NCBI RefSeq assembly: GCF_000372725.1
Contig: NW_005202176.1
Span: 104,240-168,239 of the forward strand
Reading direction: 5' to 3'
Source: Emiliania huxleyi CCMP1516
Lineage: Eukaryota
Length of the DNA: 64,000 bases
The notes under the pieces are model-generated. The model was not told the origin of the DNA. It searched no databases and saw only the letters and a list, made by a program, of their open reading frames with translations. Below are positions 46,954 through 57,604 of the stretch, in pieces; the first letter of the stretch is position 1; each line of letters opens with the position of its first letter. Made by a program: the position numbers and the translations under genes.

Positions 46954-49017
46954 GGAGGCACGGACCAGGCAGAGGAGGCGGCGCGGCACTACAACAAGCT
47001 CCACGACCGCCACCGCTCGCTGACGGGCGGCTCAGACATCCTCACGCTCCGCAACCTGCACAACTGGATCAAGTCGGTCCTCATCGCGCGCCACATGCGC
47101 AGCGGCGCGAGCGTGCTCGACCTCGCATGCGGCAAGGGCGGAGACATGCTCAAGTTCAAGGTTGGCGGCTGCGCGCGGTACGTCGGCGTCGACATCGCCA
47201 TCGAGTCGGTCCGCGACGCGGTCGGCCGCTACAACGGCGCGCACGGGCGGCAGCCGATGCCCTTCGAGGCCTTCTTCTACGCGGCGGACTTTGCCGACGC
47301 TGCCCTCGCGGCCGCCCTGCCCACCGGCCTCCTCTTCCACCTCGTCTCTTGCCAGTTCGCACTGCACTACTCCTTCTCGAGCGAGGAGCGTGCGGCGGCG
47401 CTGCTCGCCAACGTGTCTTCGCGCCTGCTGCCCGGCGCGCCATCCGCCTCTGCGCCGCGGCTCATCCTCGACGCCTCCCCGACACGCGCGCCCCCGCCGC
47501 GTGCCCCGCTGCAGGAGGCATCTTTCTCGGCACGACGGCGGACGCCAACGTGCTCGTGCGGCGGTGAAGGAGCGGTCGCGGGGGCTCCCTCCTGCGGCGG
47601 GAGGAAGGGAGGCCCCCTCTGCCCCCCGCCTGTAGGCTGCGGGCGAGCGAGGGCCTCTCGTTTGGCAACCCGCACTACCGGGCTGTCTTCCCGCCGGAGG
47701 CGGCCTCCAAGGCCTTCCCGCCGTCGCAGCCGTTCGGCCACTCGTACCGCTTCACGCTGCAGGAGGCGGTCGACGACTGCAGGGAGTTCCTCGTGCCGAT
47801 GGGCACGCTGCGAGCCCTCGCCGCCTCCCACGGGCGAGGCCGATAGTAGCAGCAGCAATAGTAGCAGCAGCAATAGTAGCAGCAGCAATAGTAGCAGCAA
47901 TAGTAGCAGCAGCAATAGTGGCAGCAGCAATAGCGGTGCAGCAACAGTGGCAGCAGCAAGAGTAGCAGCACCAATAGTAGCAGCAGCAATAGTGGCAGCA
48001 GCAATAGTGGCAGCAGCAAGAGTAGCAGCAGCAAGAGTAGCAGCAGCAATAGCGGTGCAGCAACAGTGGCAGCAGCAAGAGTAGCAGCAGCAACAGTGGC
48101 AGCAGCAATAGTGGTGCAGCAACAATAGCAGCAGCAATAGTAGCAGCAGCAATAGTAGCAGCAGCAATAGCGGTGCAGCAACAGTGGCAGCAGCAAGAGT
48201 AGCGATAGCGGCAGCACAACCGCAGCAGGCCGCCGTCTCTGGCGGGGCGGTGCAGCCTCGAGACCTCGCTGCGGTGTGTGTGGCCAGGCTCGAGCTCGTC
48301 TCTTCGGACAACTTTTGCGACTTCTTTGCGGCGGAGGCAGAGAGGAACCGGCCGCTGCTCGAGCGGATGCGAGCAGCGCTCTCGGGGGAGGGAGAGGGCG
48401 CGCTTGCGTGCTGCCTCGAGACCTCGGGCGCACGCGCTTGCGAGTAGGCGCGTCTTCCCGGACGGGGACGGCGCCTTGTCCGAGGCGGCAGCGGTAGGTG
48501 CTGCCCTCGCCTCGCCTTCCGGGTCGCAGTTACCTTGCGTGAACAGGCGGAGTGGGAGGTCGCGCACACCTACCTCGCCTTTGCCTTCCGCAAGGCCCTC
48601 CCCCCTCCGCCCTCCGCCCTCCGCCCTCCACCGCGTACGCACGCCACCGCCACTCTGCGCCCCCTCCTTCCCCCGCCCCCACAGCAACCCCCGTGTCGGA
48701 GACGCGCATCCGCCGCGTGCTCACAGCTTTCTTCTTCTCGCTCACAGGTCGGAGACGCGCACCCGCCGCCTCGCGGAGGCCGTGGGCGGCACCGGCCTTT
48801 CAACGAGCAAGACATCGTCGTGCTCTCGGCGGTGGGCGGCGGCGAGGAGGGAGGCGGCGGTGGCGACGGTGACGGCGGCGGAGGCGGCGGCGGTGGCGGC
48901 GGTGGCAGCGGCGGCGGAAGGGAGGGCGCAGAGAGTCGCGGTGATGATGCTGCTGGCCGGCGGCCGGTGCGGTACGATGCAGTCATGGATGGTGGCGATG
49001 AGCTTTTCGCTGACTGA
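46891..49017 (+). CDS. RNMT: mRNA cap guanine-N7 methyltransferase (ABD1/RNMT family), multi-exon
   Basis: 'ARHYN', 'LRNLHNWIKSVLI', 'VLDLACGKGGDMLKF', 'VSCQFALHYSF', 'GGIFLGTT', 'PFGHSYRFTLQEAVDDCREFLV', 'EWEVAHTYLAFAFRK'. Confidence 0.93.
47844..48215. repeat. Intronic compound trinucleotide repeat (AGC/AGT/AAT)
   Basis: Degenerate agtagcagcagcaat units inside a cap-methyltransferase intron. Confidence 0.9.
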
Positions 49018-49338
49018 GCCCACGCGGCATCTCGGATTCTCGCGGCCAGAGGCGGCCAGTGGCCGGGCCCGCGCGCTGCATACAGCTGGATTCTAGTCTA
49101 GAAAAAAAATGGCGCTGCCCGGGGAGCTCTCATAGACGTCGGGGGCGAGACTGAGTACTGGCACACGCGAGTGGGGGGCGATAACAAAGATTCTCGTTTG
49201 TGTTTTTGAGCGCAGCAAAACTGACCCCAGGAATTTTCCCTCTCCGGTTTCGTTGCCGAGCGTAGGTTTCATTTTCTAGTCGGCCGTCCTAGAACGTACG
49301 TCATTTCGCGTTATCGATTTCGTTTCTCGTGTGTATCT

Positions 49339-50091
49339 GGCTCGTTGTGCGAGTATATGGGCCACGATGTCTCAAATATGAGGGGTTTTGACTCCTATAG
49401 GCTCCTGACGCTATCCCTGGCAGCTCTAATGACCGGGATCAGTAGTGCTATGATAGAGGGTGCCCAGACTAGCGCAGGAGCTGCCACACTCGCCCGGACC
49501 GTCCCCCTCTGGGGCCGGTTCCGCAGCCAGCGAGAGCCGACAGCGGGGCCGTGCCGCGGGTGCCTACTGCCGAGTGCCACAAACACTGCGCCGTCCCGCC
49601 ACCACCTACAGGCTGTCTTGTGTGATGGTTGGGATGTCCAAACGCCACCATCTTGGCTCTTGCGACCTCAAACCCGCGAGCTGTATGGGTGGTCCTGACG
49701 TCGACAGACGCCCGATGACCACGGTGAAGCTGAGCCGGAACGCGTCGACAAGTCTCGTCTGAGCCCGTGGCGGTCGCCGGCTGAGTCGCTGTGCACGGAC
49801 TGGTACCTCAGGCGTCACCTCCGCAGCCTCAGTTCTCAAACTCCACCACCTCCGCCAGGACGCCGTCGGTGGCACGTTCGGCGGCGTACTTTCTGCAGCT
49901 CCATCTCGAGTACGGCGTCGAGCCTACTCACTCCTGTTGGTTCGGCACACTCGGTGGGGTCCACTGAGTGTGCCGAACGCGCGAGCGGTGCGTCCCGGCA
50001 GCGCGCGCAGGCTGCGGAGCTGCAACAAACTCCAGACACGCTTTTTGGGACATTTTCGACGCTTTTGGCCCATATACTCGCACAACAAGCC
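49339..50091. mobile_element. Non-autonomous TIR DNA transposon (MITE), copy 2
   Basis: ~26-bp TIR GGCTyGTTGTGCGAGTATATGGGCCA; ATCT on both flanks (49335-49338, 50092-50095). Confidence 0.9.
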
Positions 50092-50720
50092 ATCTCCGCC
50101 GCAATGGGAGTTAGCGCGCTCGCTCGCAGAGCGGCGCCTGCTAGCCGAGCGCGAATACCTGGGTCGCTGAGCTCGCGCCGGTGGCCAACTGCGCCTCCGC
50201 GGCGACGCGCTCCGGCCACGAGCGACGTGCCAATCTGCACTTTGAGCTCGCTTGGCAGCCGCCGAGTGCGAGAGGAATTTAAATGGCCGAGCCGGCCAGG
50301 CAGCCAGCCGACTTCCCGCACCGGTCCGCGCACGTGCGGCCGCGCGTGCACAGCCAGCGACCAGTCAGGACGACGAGGCGCGACGGCCGTTGAGCGGAGG
50401 GCTGGCGAGCCAAAAGAGGCGCCTCCGGGCGCCTCTTTTTGAGTAACTTCACAGGGACGCTATGAGTTATGCTCCGCGACGAAGCCGTCTGCTGCACGAG
50501 GGCGGGCTGCAGCCAGCAGAAGGAAGGGAGCCTGCCCCTACGCGAGCTGACGTGACGTGTGTGTGCCGAGCGCGGAGGCTTAGGCCGCACCGTTAAGAGT
50601 GATGGCTTGCCCACCATGCCTGGGTCCCCATTTTTAAGGTAGTCCGCTGGGTGGGGTACAGTACTTGGAGCACAAAGTGCGGAGTGTAATCTCGTTCCTG
50701 GGACGCCCGCCTCCGCTGAC

Positions 50721-51591
50721 CTGAGGGAGGGTGTAGAGGATGTAGAGTGTAGAGCGCTGTAGAGCTGTAGAGATGTAGAGCGCTGTAGAGCTGTAGAGCT
50801 CTACATCCGCCGCGGGACGAAGTGCCTGCGTTGTAGAGCGATGTAGAGCGCGATTTTGCTGCAGAGTTTGTTGTAGAGGCTCTACAGCCAAACCGTCGGG
50901 AAGGCAGTGACTCAAAGAGGTCGAGTCGCACTAATGGGGTGTCTCCGAGCTTGCTGGAGCTCTAATGGACGGCCCTGACTATCCCTGACACACAGAGAGT
51001 CACTCTGACGACACACAACACCCTATAACTGCGTCATGACCAGCCTGCCGTGCGTCGCCGGTGCCGCATTCATCGCTGTGCTTCTTTAGCAGGCGGTGGA
51101 CTGTCGGCTGCGAGGACGGTCGCATTTGCGCGAGGCGAGGCGAGCATTCAGACGCGTTGCATACGCCATGCCTCGCGCCAGCGCGTGCGGGAGCTCCTGG
51201 CTGAGCGTTGAGTCCAGGCGAGTTGCGCTGGCCACTATCGCTACGCCGACCCGAGCTGACGCGCCGAGGCGCCGGCCAGTCGCAGCCGTGAGGCATGCCA
51301 CAGCAGCAGAGGCACCTCCCACCCATTGGGCGGGCAGACAGAAGGCCAGGGCAGCACTGGCAAGTGCAACGCGCCTCATGTCGGAGAGCGACCGTGCCTC
51401 GTTCGCCGTTTATGATGTAGAGTTTGTTGTAGAGATTTCACGTTGTAGAGCGCCTCTACATCGCTCTACAACGCAGGCACTTCGTCCCGCGGCGGATGTA
51501 GAGCTCTACAGCTCTACAGCGCTCTAGAGCGCTCTACATCTCTACAGCTCTACAGCGCTCTACACTCTACATCCTCTACACCCTCCCTCAG
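50721..51591. mobile_element. Non-autonomous DNA transposon with ~130-bp TIRs and an 8-bp TSD
   Basis: Ends CTGAGGGAGGGTGTAGAGG... and ...CCTCTACACCCTCCCTCAG; TGTAGAG subrepeats; CCGCTGAC at 50713-50720 and 51592-51599. Confidence 0.93.
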
Positions 51592-51904
51592 CCGCTGACC
51601 TGTCCGACAACCAGCCGCAAGCAGCGTACTGAAGCAATCAAAGCGATTAATAATCTCTCCAGACTCCACTCCCCCGGACGGGCATACAGTACTCTAGCCC
51701 GCACCTCTGCCCCTGCCCTCCCACCCCCTCCCCGCCTGTGATGCGGGGTGCGCTTCAACAAGCTCCCCTCTAGTGCAGCTATGCTACTACGTAAACACCT
51801 GGCAATCGACCCTATCCAGTGCTCAAGTGCTCAACACCTCCTGGCTGCTTACAGTTCCTTCGTTCAGCTTGCCCGGAGATTGGATTGTGCTGGGACGCAC
51901 GTCG

Positions 51905-54900
51905 ATGCGTCATAGCGGGGACGTTTGCTTCGCCCTCAACTCACACATGGCGGCCCTCTCGTGCGCCGTCTGCCCTGCGGAGCAGTGCAAGATGCGCGAT
52001 GCGACGACAGTACGCCTAATGGTTAGGGACCATTTCTGCTTCAAGCCTGAGCGATGCGCTCTGTGGGCAGCGATTGACGAGTTCAATGCAGCCTTTGATG
52101 ACGTCACCATCGTGGCTTCGGAGGAAGGGAAGGGCTCGGATATTGAGTGGGAGAACACCGTGGCCGCCGACGTCGGGACCGCCACGGTCACAGGGAAGGG
52201 AAGATTTGACGTCGTCACCATAAAGGAGACCTTCATTCCCGATCTGGTTGAGGAGGCTGGGAACGGCGGCCTCGCGCCACTCTCACAACTCGACACGGAT
52301 GAGTGGTACGCCGACACCTACTTTGAGGTGCGCGAGAAGCTGCTCAGCTACGAAGGGAAAACCTTTGCCGTTCCCCTCGACGCCGACTTTGCGTCCATGC
52401 ACGTCCTCGACTCGGCCATTGCGCTCGGGGAGAGCCCGCCCGAGACGTGGGGCGATTTCGTGGAGCTGGCGGTCAAGTACCATGGCGGAGACCTGAACAG
52501 CGACGGGCAACCGGATACGGGCTTCTGCTACACCAACAGCGGAGATATGTGGAACTTTATCAAGCATCACATGCTCGCCAGCATGACACAGACGAGAGGC
52601 ACGGCTCAGGGCTATATGTTCGACACCGATTCCATGGAGCCAACCTTTGCGCCGGCTGGACGAGCAGTTGATGTTGCGAGAGAGCGCGGCGTCTTCGCCA
52701 AGATCGCGGCGATGGTCAACGCGCTGGGCGAGGTCAAGCAGGCCTACATGAATGTGGCGGAGGCCAAGGGCAACTGCATCCTCTTCCTCGGGCACACGGC
52801 CAAGCTCATGTACTACGACAAGGCGCACCCTGCAACTACGCTGCCCGTCCCCGGATCGGACCTCGTCCTGCTTCGTGGCAGCACCACCCTCAAGGAGTGC
52901 AATGCGACCTCATGCCCGTACGCCAGAAGGGCGAGCGATGGCCGCTTGATCAATCGGGCGCCCTTTGTCGAGGCGCACTTCAACCTGGCGCTCTCCAATC
53001 TCGCATCTCCGGACGCGGCGGCCGGCGCCATGCGTTTCTTCCGGTTCGTGCAGGCCCGCCGGCTCAACGTCATGCTGGAAAGCTACTGCTTCGACCCGTG
53101 GAGCTCGAGCCAGCTCGACGACAGCGCCTGGCCGTCCTACCTCGCCCGCTTCCCTGACGCAAACAAGACGGTGTTCGAGGCGAAGCGGTCCCGCACAGAG
53201 GAGGTCCTGGGCAGCGACAACCACAACGCCGTGTTGCCCCTCCGCATAAACGGGGCTACCGAGTACGAGGAGGAGTTCGAACGAGCACTCGACGTGGCTG
53301 CTGCCGCCGTTGGCGACGGCAACGATAGCGCCGTCGAGGATTCACTGCTGCAGCTGATTGAGAGCTTCAAGGCGACGACGGACAAGTTCAACCGTCGGTT
53401 CTCGAGCCCTGACTGGCAGATCAACATCTACCGTAAGAGCCTCGGCCTCGCGCCCGTGGCGCCAGACAAGGGCAGCGCCAGGAGGACAGCCGTGATAGTC
53501 GCATCAGTCATCGGCGGGCTGATGGGGCTGCTGCTCCTGCTGCTCGTGGCGTGGGCGGCGCGCAAGAAGGTGCGCCAGATCCGGCGCGACCGGAGGGCGC
53601 GGGAGGAGGCGTGCGAGCGGGTCATCAAGGAGGCCGTCGCAAGCCTGGACCGGCTCGACTACCCTTTCGTGCTCGTGCCAGCCTCCGAGTTTCTCGCCGC
53701 CGGCACCATGATGCCTCACGAGTCGCTGCGTGATGAGGGCAAGGTGCTCGTGCTGGACTCGGTGGAGGCGGTGCAGGCGTCGCGGAAGGAGCACCCGATT
53801 GTCTTCTTCTCGCACCAGTGGACCTCCTTCTCGAGCCCGGACCCCGACGGCACGCAGTACCGCGAGATGGTGACGGCCCTCCGCCAGGTCGTCGCCCTCA
53901 AAGGGTGGGAGATGGAGAGGGTTCGAGTCTGGCTTGACTACAGCAGCATCCCGCAGCGGCACCCCGGCATCCAAGACCTGGCCATCCGCACACTCTCCTG
54001 GTACGCGTCCCAAGCCTCGGCCTTCATCGTCGTCGCGCCGAGCTGCCGCCACGCAGACCTCGGCACCCGTTGCGACGCATCGTCGTACCAGCGCCGCATG
54101 TGGTGCCGCGCCGAGCAGCTTTGCTACTCGCTGCGCAAAGGCACCGGCAACATGTTCCTCGCGGCGGACGGCACGGTGGCCCCCGTTGAGGCGAGCTTCT
54201 TCGCCGAGGCGCTGCACGTCTTTGAGGGCGAGCTGACTTGCTGCAGGCTCGGCCACGCGGGCCGCCCCTTTTGCGACAGGCAGAGCCTCGTCGCGCCCAT
54301 CCTCGGCCTCTACGGCGCCGTCTGCGCCAAGTGCGAGACGTGCGCGGAGGGCGATCCGCTCGGCGAACTTAGCAGCCACGGCAACAACGGCAGCGGCGGC
54401 GGCGGCGGCGGCGAAGACGGCCGCGGTGACGGTGGTGGCGACGGCGGGGAGCGCGGAAGCGGCGGCGACGGCGACAAGGGCGGCGCGCCCGGCGCGTCCG
54501 CTTCGGTGCAAACCTTCCTGCAGGAGATCGAGGCGAACCGCGACCAGATCTTCCCGCCCACCTTTGAGCGCGTCTCCGCCGGGCCGGACGGGGGCAGGGT
54601 CGTCGAGACCGTCGAGCTCTTCGGAGACCTCGTGCCACGCATGAAGGCGCACGCAAAGCAGGGCCTGCTGCGGCACGACCTCGCCGCAGACGAGGAGACC
54701 ACCCTCGGCATCCGCTTCACCATCGAGCACGGGAGCATCGAGCGGCGCAGTAGCCGCTCGCCGAAAGGCGACACGCCGAGCGGCCGCAAGCAGGCTAGCA
54801 AACAGGGCTCCATCGGCCTCCGGCGGGTGCCGACTAGCTTCACGAGCGGAGCGTGGCGCCCTAGCGGCGGGCCGACCGTACAGCACGGGCGACAGCCGGG

Positions 54901-54919
54901 CGGGGAGGCCGAAGCTTAG
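51905..54919 (+). CDS. Receptor-like protein: solute-binding (sugar ABC SBP-like) ectodomain, single TM helix, cytoplasmic HET/TIR-like domain; start uncertain
   Basis: SBP-like 'FDVV...FIPDLVE...LAPL...YEGKTFAVPLDAD...PPETWGDFVELA..YHGGDLNSDGQPDTGFC' and 'INRAPF'. TM at ~53486-53560. 'VFFSHQW...PDP...VWLDYSSIPQ...YQRRMWCRAE'. Confidence 0.75.
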   Translation: MRHSGDVCFALNSHMAALSCAVCPAEQCKMRDATTVRLMVRDHFCFKPERCALWAAIDEFNAAFDDVTIVASEEGKGSDIEWENTVAADVGTATVTGKGRFDVVTIKETFIPDLVEEAGNGGLAPLSQLDTDEWYADTYFEVREKLLSYEGKTFAVPLDADFASMHVLDSAIALGESPPETWGDFVELAVKYHGGDLNSDGQPDTGFCYTNSGDMWNFIKHHMLASMTQTRGTAQGYMFDTDSMEPTFAPAGRAVDVARERGVFAKIAAMVNALGEVKQAYMNVAEAKGNCILFLGHTAKLMYYDKAHPATTLPVPGSDLVLLRGSTTLKECNATSCPYARRASDGRLINRAPFVEAHFNLALSNLASPDAAAGAMRFFRFVQARRLNVMLESYCFDPWSSSQLDDSAWPSYLARFPDANKTVFEAKRSRTEEVLGSDNHNAVLPLRINGATEYEEEFERALDVAAAAVGDGNDSAVEDSLLQLIESFKATTDKFNRRFSSPDWQINIYRKSLGLAPVAPDKGSARRTAVIVASVIGGLMGLLLLLLVAWAARKKVRQIRRDRRAREEACERVIKEAVASLDRLDYPFVLVPASEFLAAGTMMPHESLRDEGKVLVLDSVEAVQASRKEHPIVFFSHQWTSFSSPDPDGTQYREMVTALRQVVALKGWEMERVRVWLDYSSIPQRHPGIQDLAIRTLSWYASQASAFIVVAPSCRHADLGTRCDASSYQRRMWCRAEQLCYSLRKGTGNMFLAADGTVAPVEASFFAEALHVFEGELTCCRLGHAGRPFCDRQSLVAPILGLYGAVCAKCETCAEGDPLGELSSHGNNGSGGGGGGEDGRGDGGGDGGERGSGGDGDKGGAPGASASVQTFLQEIEANRDQIFPPTFERVSAGPDGGRVVETVELFGDLVPRMKAHAKQGLLRHDLAADEETTLGIRFTIEHGSIERRSSRSPKGDTPSGRKQASKQGSIGLRRVPTSFTSGAWRPSGGPTVQHGRQPGGEAEA

Positions 54920-55454
54920 GTTGTCTACTCGAGTAGTAGTGGAGTAGATTAAGTCTGGTTAAATGTACGTTGCTCGCGTTGGCGTCAAAAGCCCCGGCTC
55001 TCCGCCGCCCTCCGCCTCCCCGCCCTTCCGCCTGTAGGCCTCTGGCTCTGCCCTCGCGCCACCCCCCTCCGTGCGCTGTAACCCCAGGGAACCGTAGCTG
55101 CTTCCATGGCGTGCTGTGAACAAACACGTGCAGGGTTGTGCGTTCATGTGAATCCCCAGGGCCTCCAGGGCTCGCACCTCAACCTCTCATAGACCAGAGC
55201 GCACAGCGCCATAGGACGTATGAGTTCTTCTCAATAACAAGGTCTGCGAGGGGTCCCGTACCATGCGGAATCGACCCTATCCTGTGCTCAAGTGCTCAAG
55301 GTCTGCGTATTTATTTTCTTGAAAAGTAACAAGGCTGTGAACTGTCTCTGTGCGATTTCGGGCCCGGGGTTGTTGCGTTTCGCCATGTTACGTACTCTAT
55401 TTTCGAGCTGTGAATAAACCGCGAAGCACGCCTGATCCGAACTGCGAAACACAA

Positions 55455-57114
55455 ATGCTGGGCGCGGGGCGCGCGTCGGCGCAGGCGCGCAGGGCCCTCG
55501 TCGAGAAGCGAGGGCAGTGCAACTGCCGCAACTCGCGCTGCCTCAAGCTCTACTGCGAGTGCTTTGCGTCGGGCCAGTATTGTTTCGGCTGCAATTGCCA
55601 GGGCTGCCACAACAACCCGGAGAACAACGAGAAGCGCGCCAGAGCAATCGATGCGACGCTTGAGCGGTGCGGGCTGCCGACCCGGCCGCCGCCACCCGTC
55701 GCACCTTCCTCAACCCTCCGTCCCCGTCCCGCAGCAACCCAACCGCGTTCCGGCCAAAGATTGCTCACGACTCGACCTTGGGCAAGGACACGACCCGGCA
55801 CAGCAAGGGGTGCCACTGCAAGAAGTCGGGCTGCCTCAAAAAGTACTGCGAGTGCTTCCAGGCCGGCGTCCCACGCGCCCCTGTCTCCCGCGAGACTCGC
55901 GCGGCTGACGCCTGCGCCTGCGCCCCTCCACAGGCCGGCATCACCTGTCAGCCGACGTGCAAGTGCTCCGAGTGCAAGAACCAGCCGGGGAATGAGGCAC
56001 GCCTCGCCGCCGACACGCCCAACCCTCCCTCTCGCGGAGCCTCGCGTTTCGACTCCGCCCACACACTCCGCACACACACAACACCCCACCCACGCCTGGC
56101 AACACCTCCGCCCACACCTCCGCCCGCACTTAAAAGCCCGCTCTCCGAGCTCACGTCCCGGCCGCTGGGTGTCGACAGGACCGCATGTTCCTCGAGCGAG
56201 CGGGCAAGATTCCCATGCCAGCTCCGAAGAAGCTCAAGGTGGCCCGACGCCGGCCCACTTCACAAGGGGCACCCCCCAGAAGCACAACCCGGAGGGGGGG
56301 GGGCATGCCCCCCCCCCCCCCCCCCCGCAGAGCGAGGCCGAGGCCGAAGAGCGCGTGCGCGAGAGTCCCGTCTCTTTCTTCTACCCGCGCGAGCGCCGCC
56401 TCCCCACGCCCGGCCCGTCCGGTGCCCTGCTGCACTACACTCACAGAACACTGAACAGTCCACGCCCGGCCCGCCACACCCCCCCCCCCACCCACCCACC
56501 ACCGCCACCACCGCCGCCGCCGCCACCACCACCACCACCACCACCACCACCACCACGCTGCCGCCTCACGTCGACCGCGCTTCTCTCGCAGAGCTCGCGG
56601 CCGAGCGAGTCCGCGCCGCCATCGCATCGCACGTGACGGAGGAGCGGCCGAGCGAGGCGTCCTCGGGGCGAGTGTGAACGGCGTCTCCTCACGGGCGCGT
56701 GTGTGAGCAGGAGTGGGCGAGCGAGGCGTGCTCCGAGATGCTGCGCGCGAGCCAGCTGGCCGGCTCGGCCAGCGGCGAGGCCGGGCCGTCCTCCTCGAGC
56801 GCGCCGCTGCTCGAGGAAGAGCAGGAGCGGGCCGTCCTCCACGTGCTGCACAGCAAGCTCAAGCAGGCGCCGCCGCACCTCGCTCCCCCACCGCCCTCCT
56901 TCCCGCGCGCGCCTGGCCCACACGCGGGCCGTGGCCGCAGGTGCTCGACGCAGCCGAGGCAGCCAAACCGCCGAAGGCCGAGGCCAGCGGCAGCGGTGCC
57001 AGCGAGGTGCCCGCCAGGAGAGGAGGACCCGACCGCGGCTCGAGAAACTACCCTCCAGACCCATCGCTTAGATCCATTCTTAATGCTAGCGCCGCAGCGC
57101 GCGGGAAATCGTAG
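55455..57114 (+). CDS. Tesmin/TSO1/LIN54-like CXC (CRC) domain protein, multi-exon; 3' exons uncertain
   Basis: [36 protein letters not shown] hinge, [21 protein letters not shown]...CKC..CKN. Confidence 0.88.
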
Positions 57115-57604
57115 GCAGATGCCGAGAGCACCGTTTGTCGGCAGTGGCCAGAGTGACAGCGGTATGTATCATGGACAGTGTCTCTCGTTATAATACGGTT
57201 ACGGCAAAACCGCGAGATACGCCGGGAGTGGGGTGTGTGTCTGTGTGAAAGTCTCTTCTCAGGCTAGAGTACCTCTCCATTATGTGCCGCGCTCTTGAAA
57301 TACGTTCAGAGGGTTCGGTGACTGAACCACTTTAAGTGGGGACGAATCAGCGAGAACTCGCCTCTCCACCGTGTACGGCCGTACTCCCCCCCCAGACTCC
57401 CTGAGCACTGTGCACATGCACACTGGTGTCTGGTGTCTCCGTCTGGACTCTGCACTCTCCACCCTTTGGTCTCACGCACACACACTCTGTGCGCGCGTCG
57501 CACTGGTTTGCATTCGCGCGAAGCCGCCTCTGGACTGCCTCTCGGCTCGCTCGAGTTGAGGCGGTGACCACCCATGAGAGTGACTTACCCAGTCCCGGCG
57601 ATCA

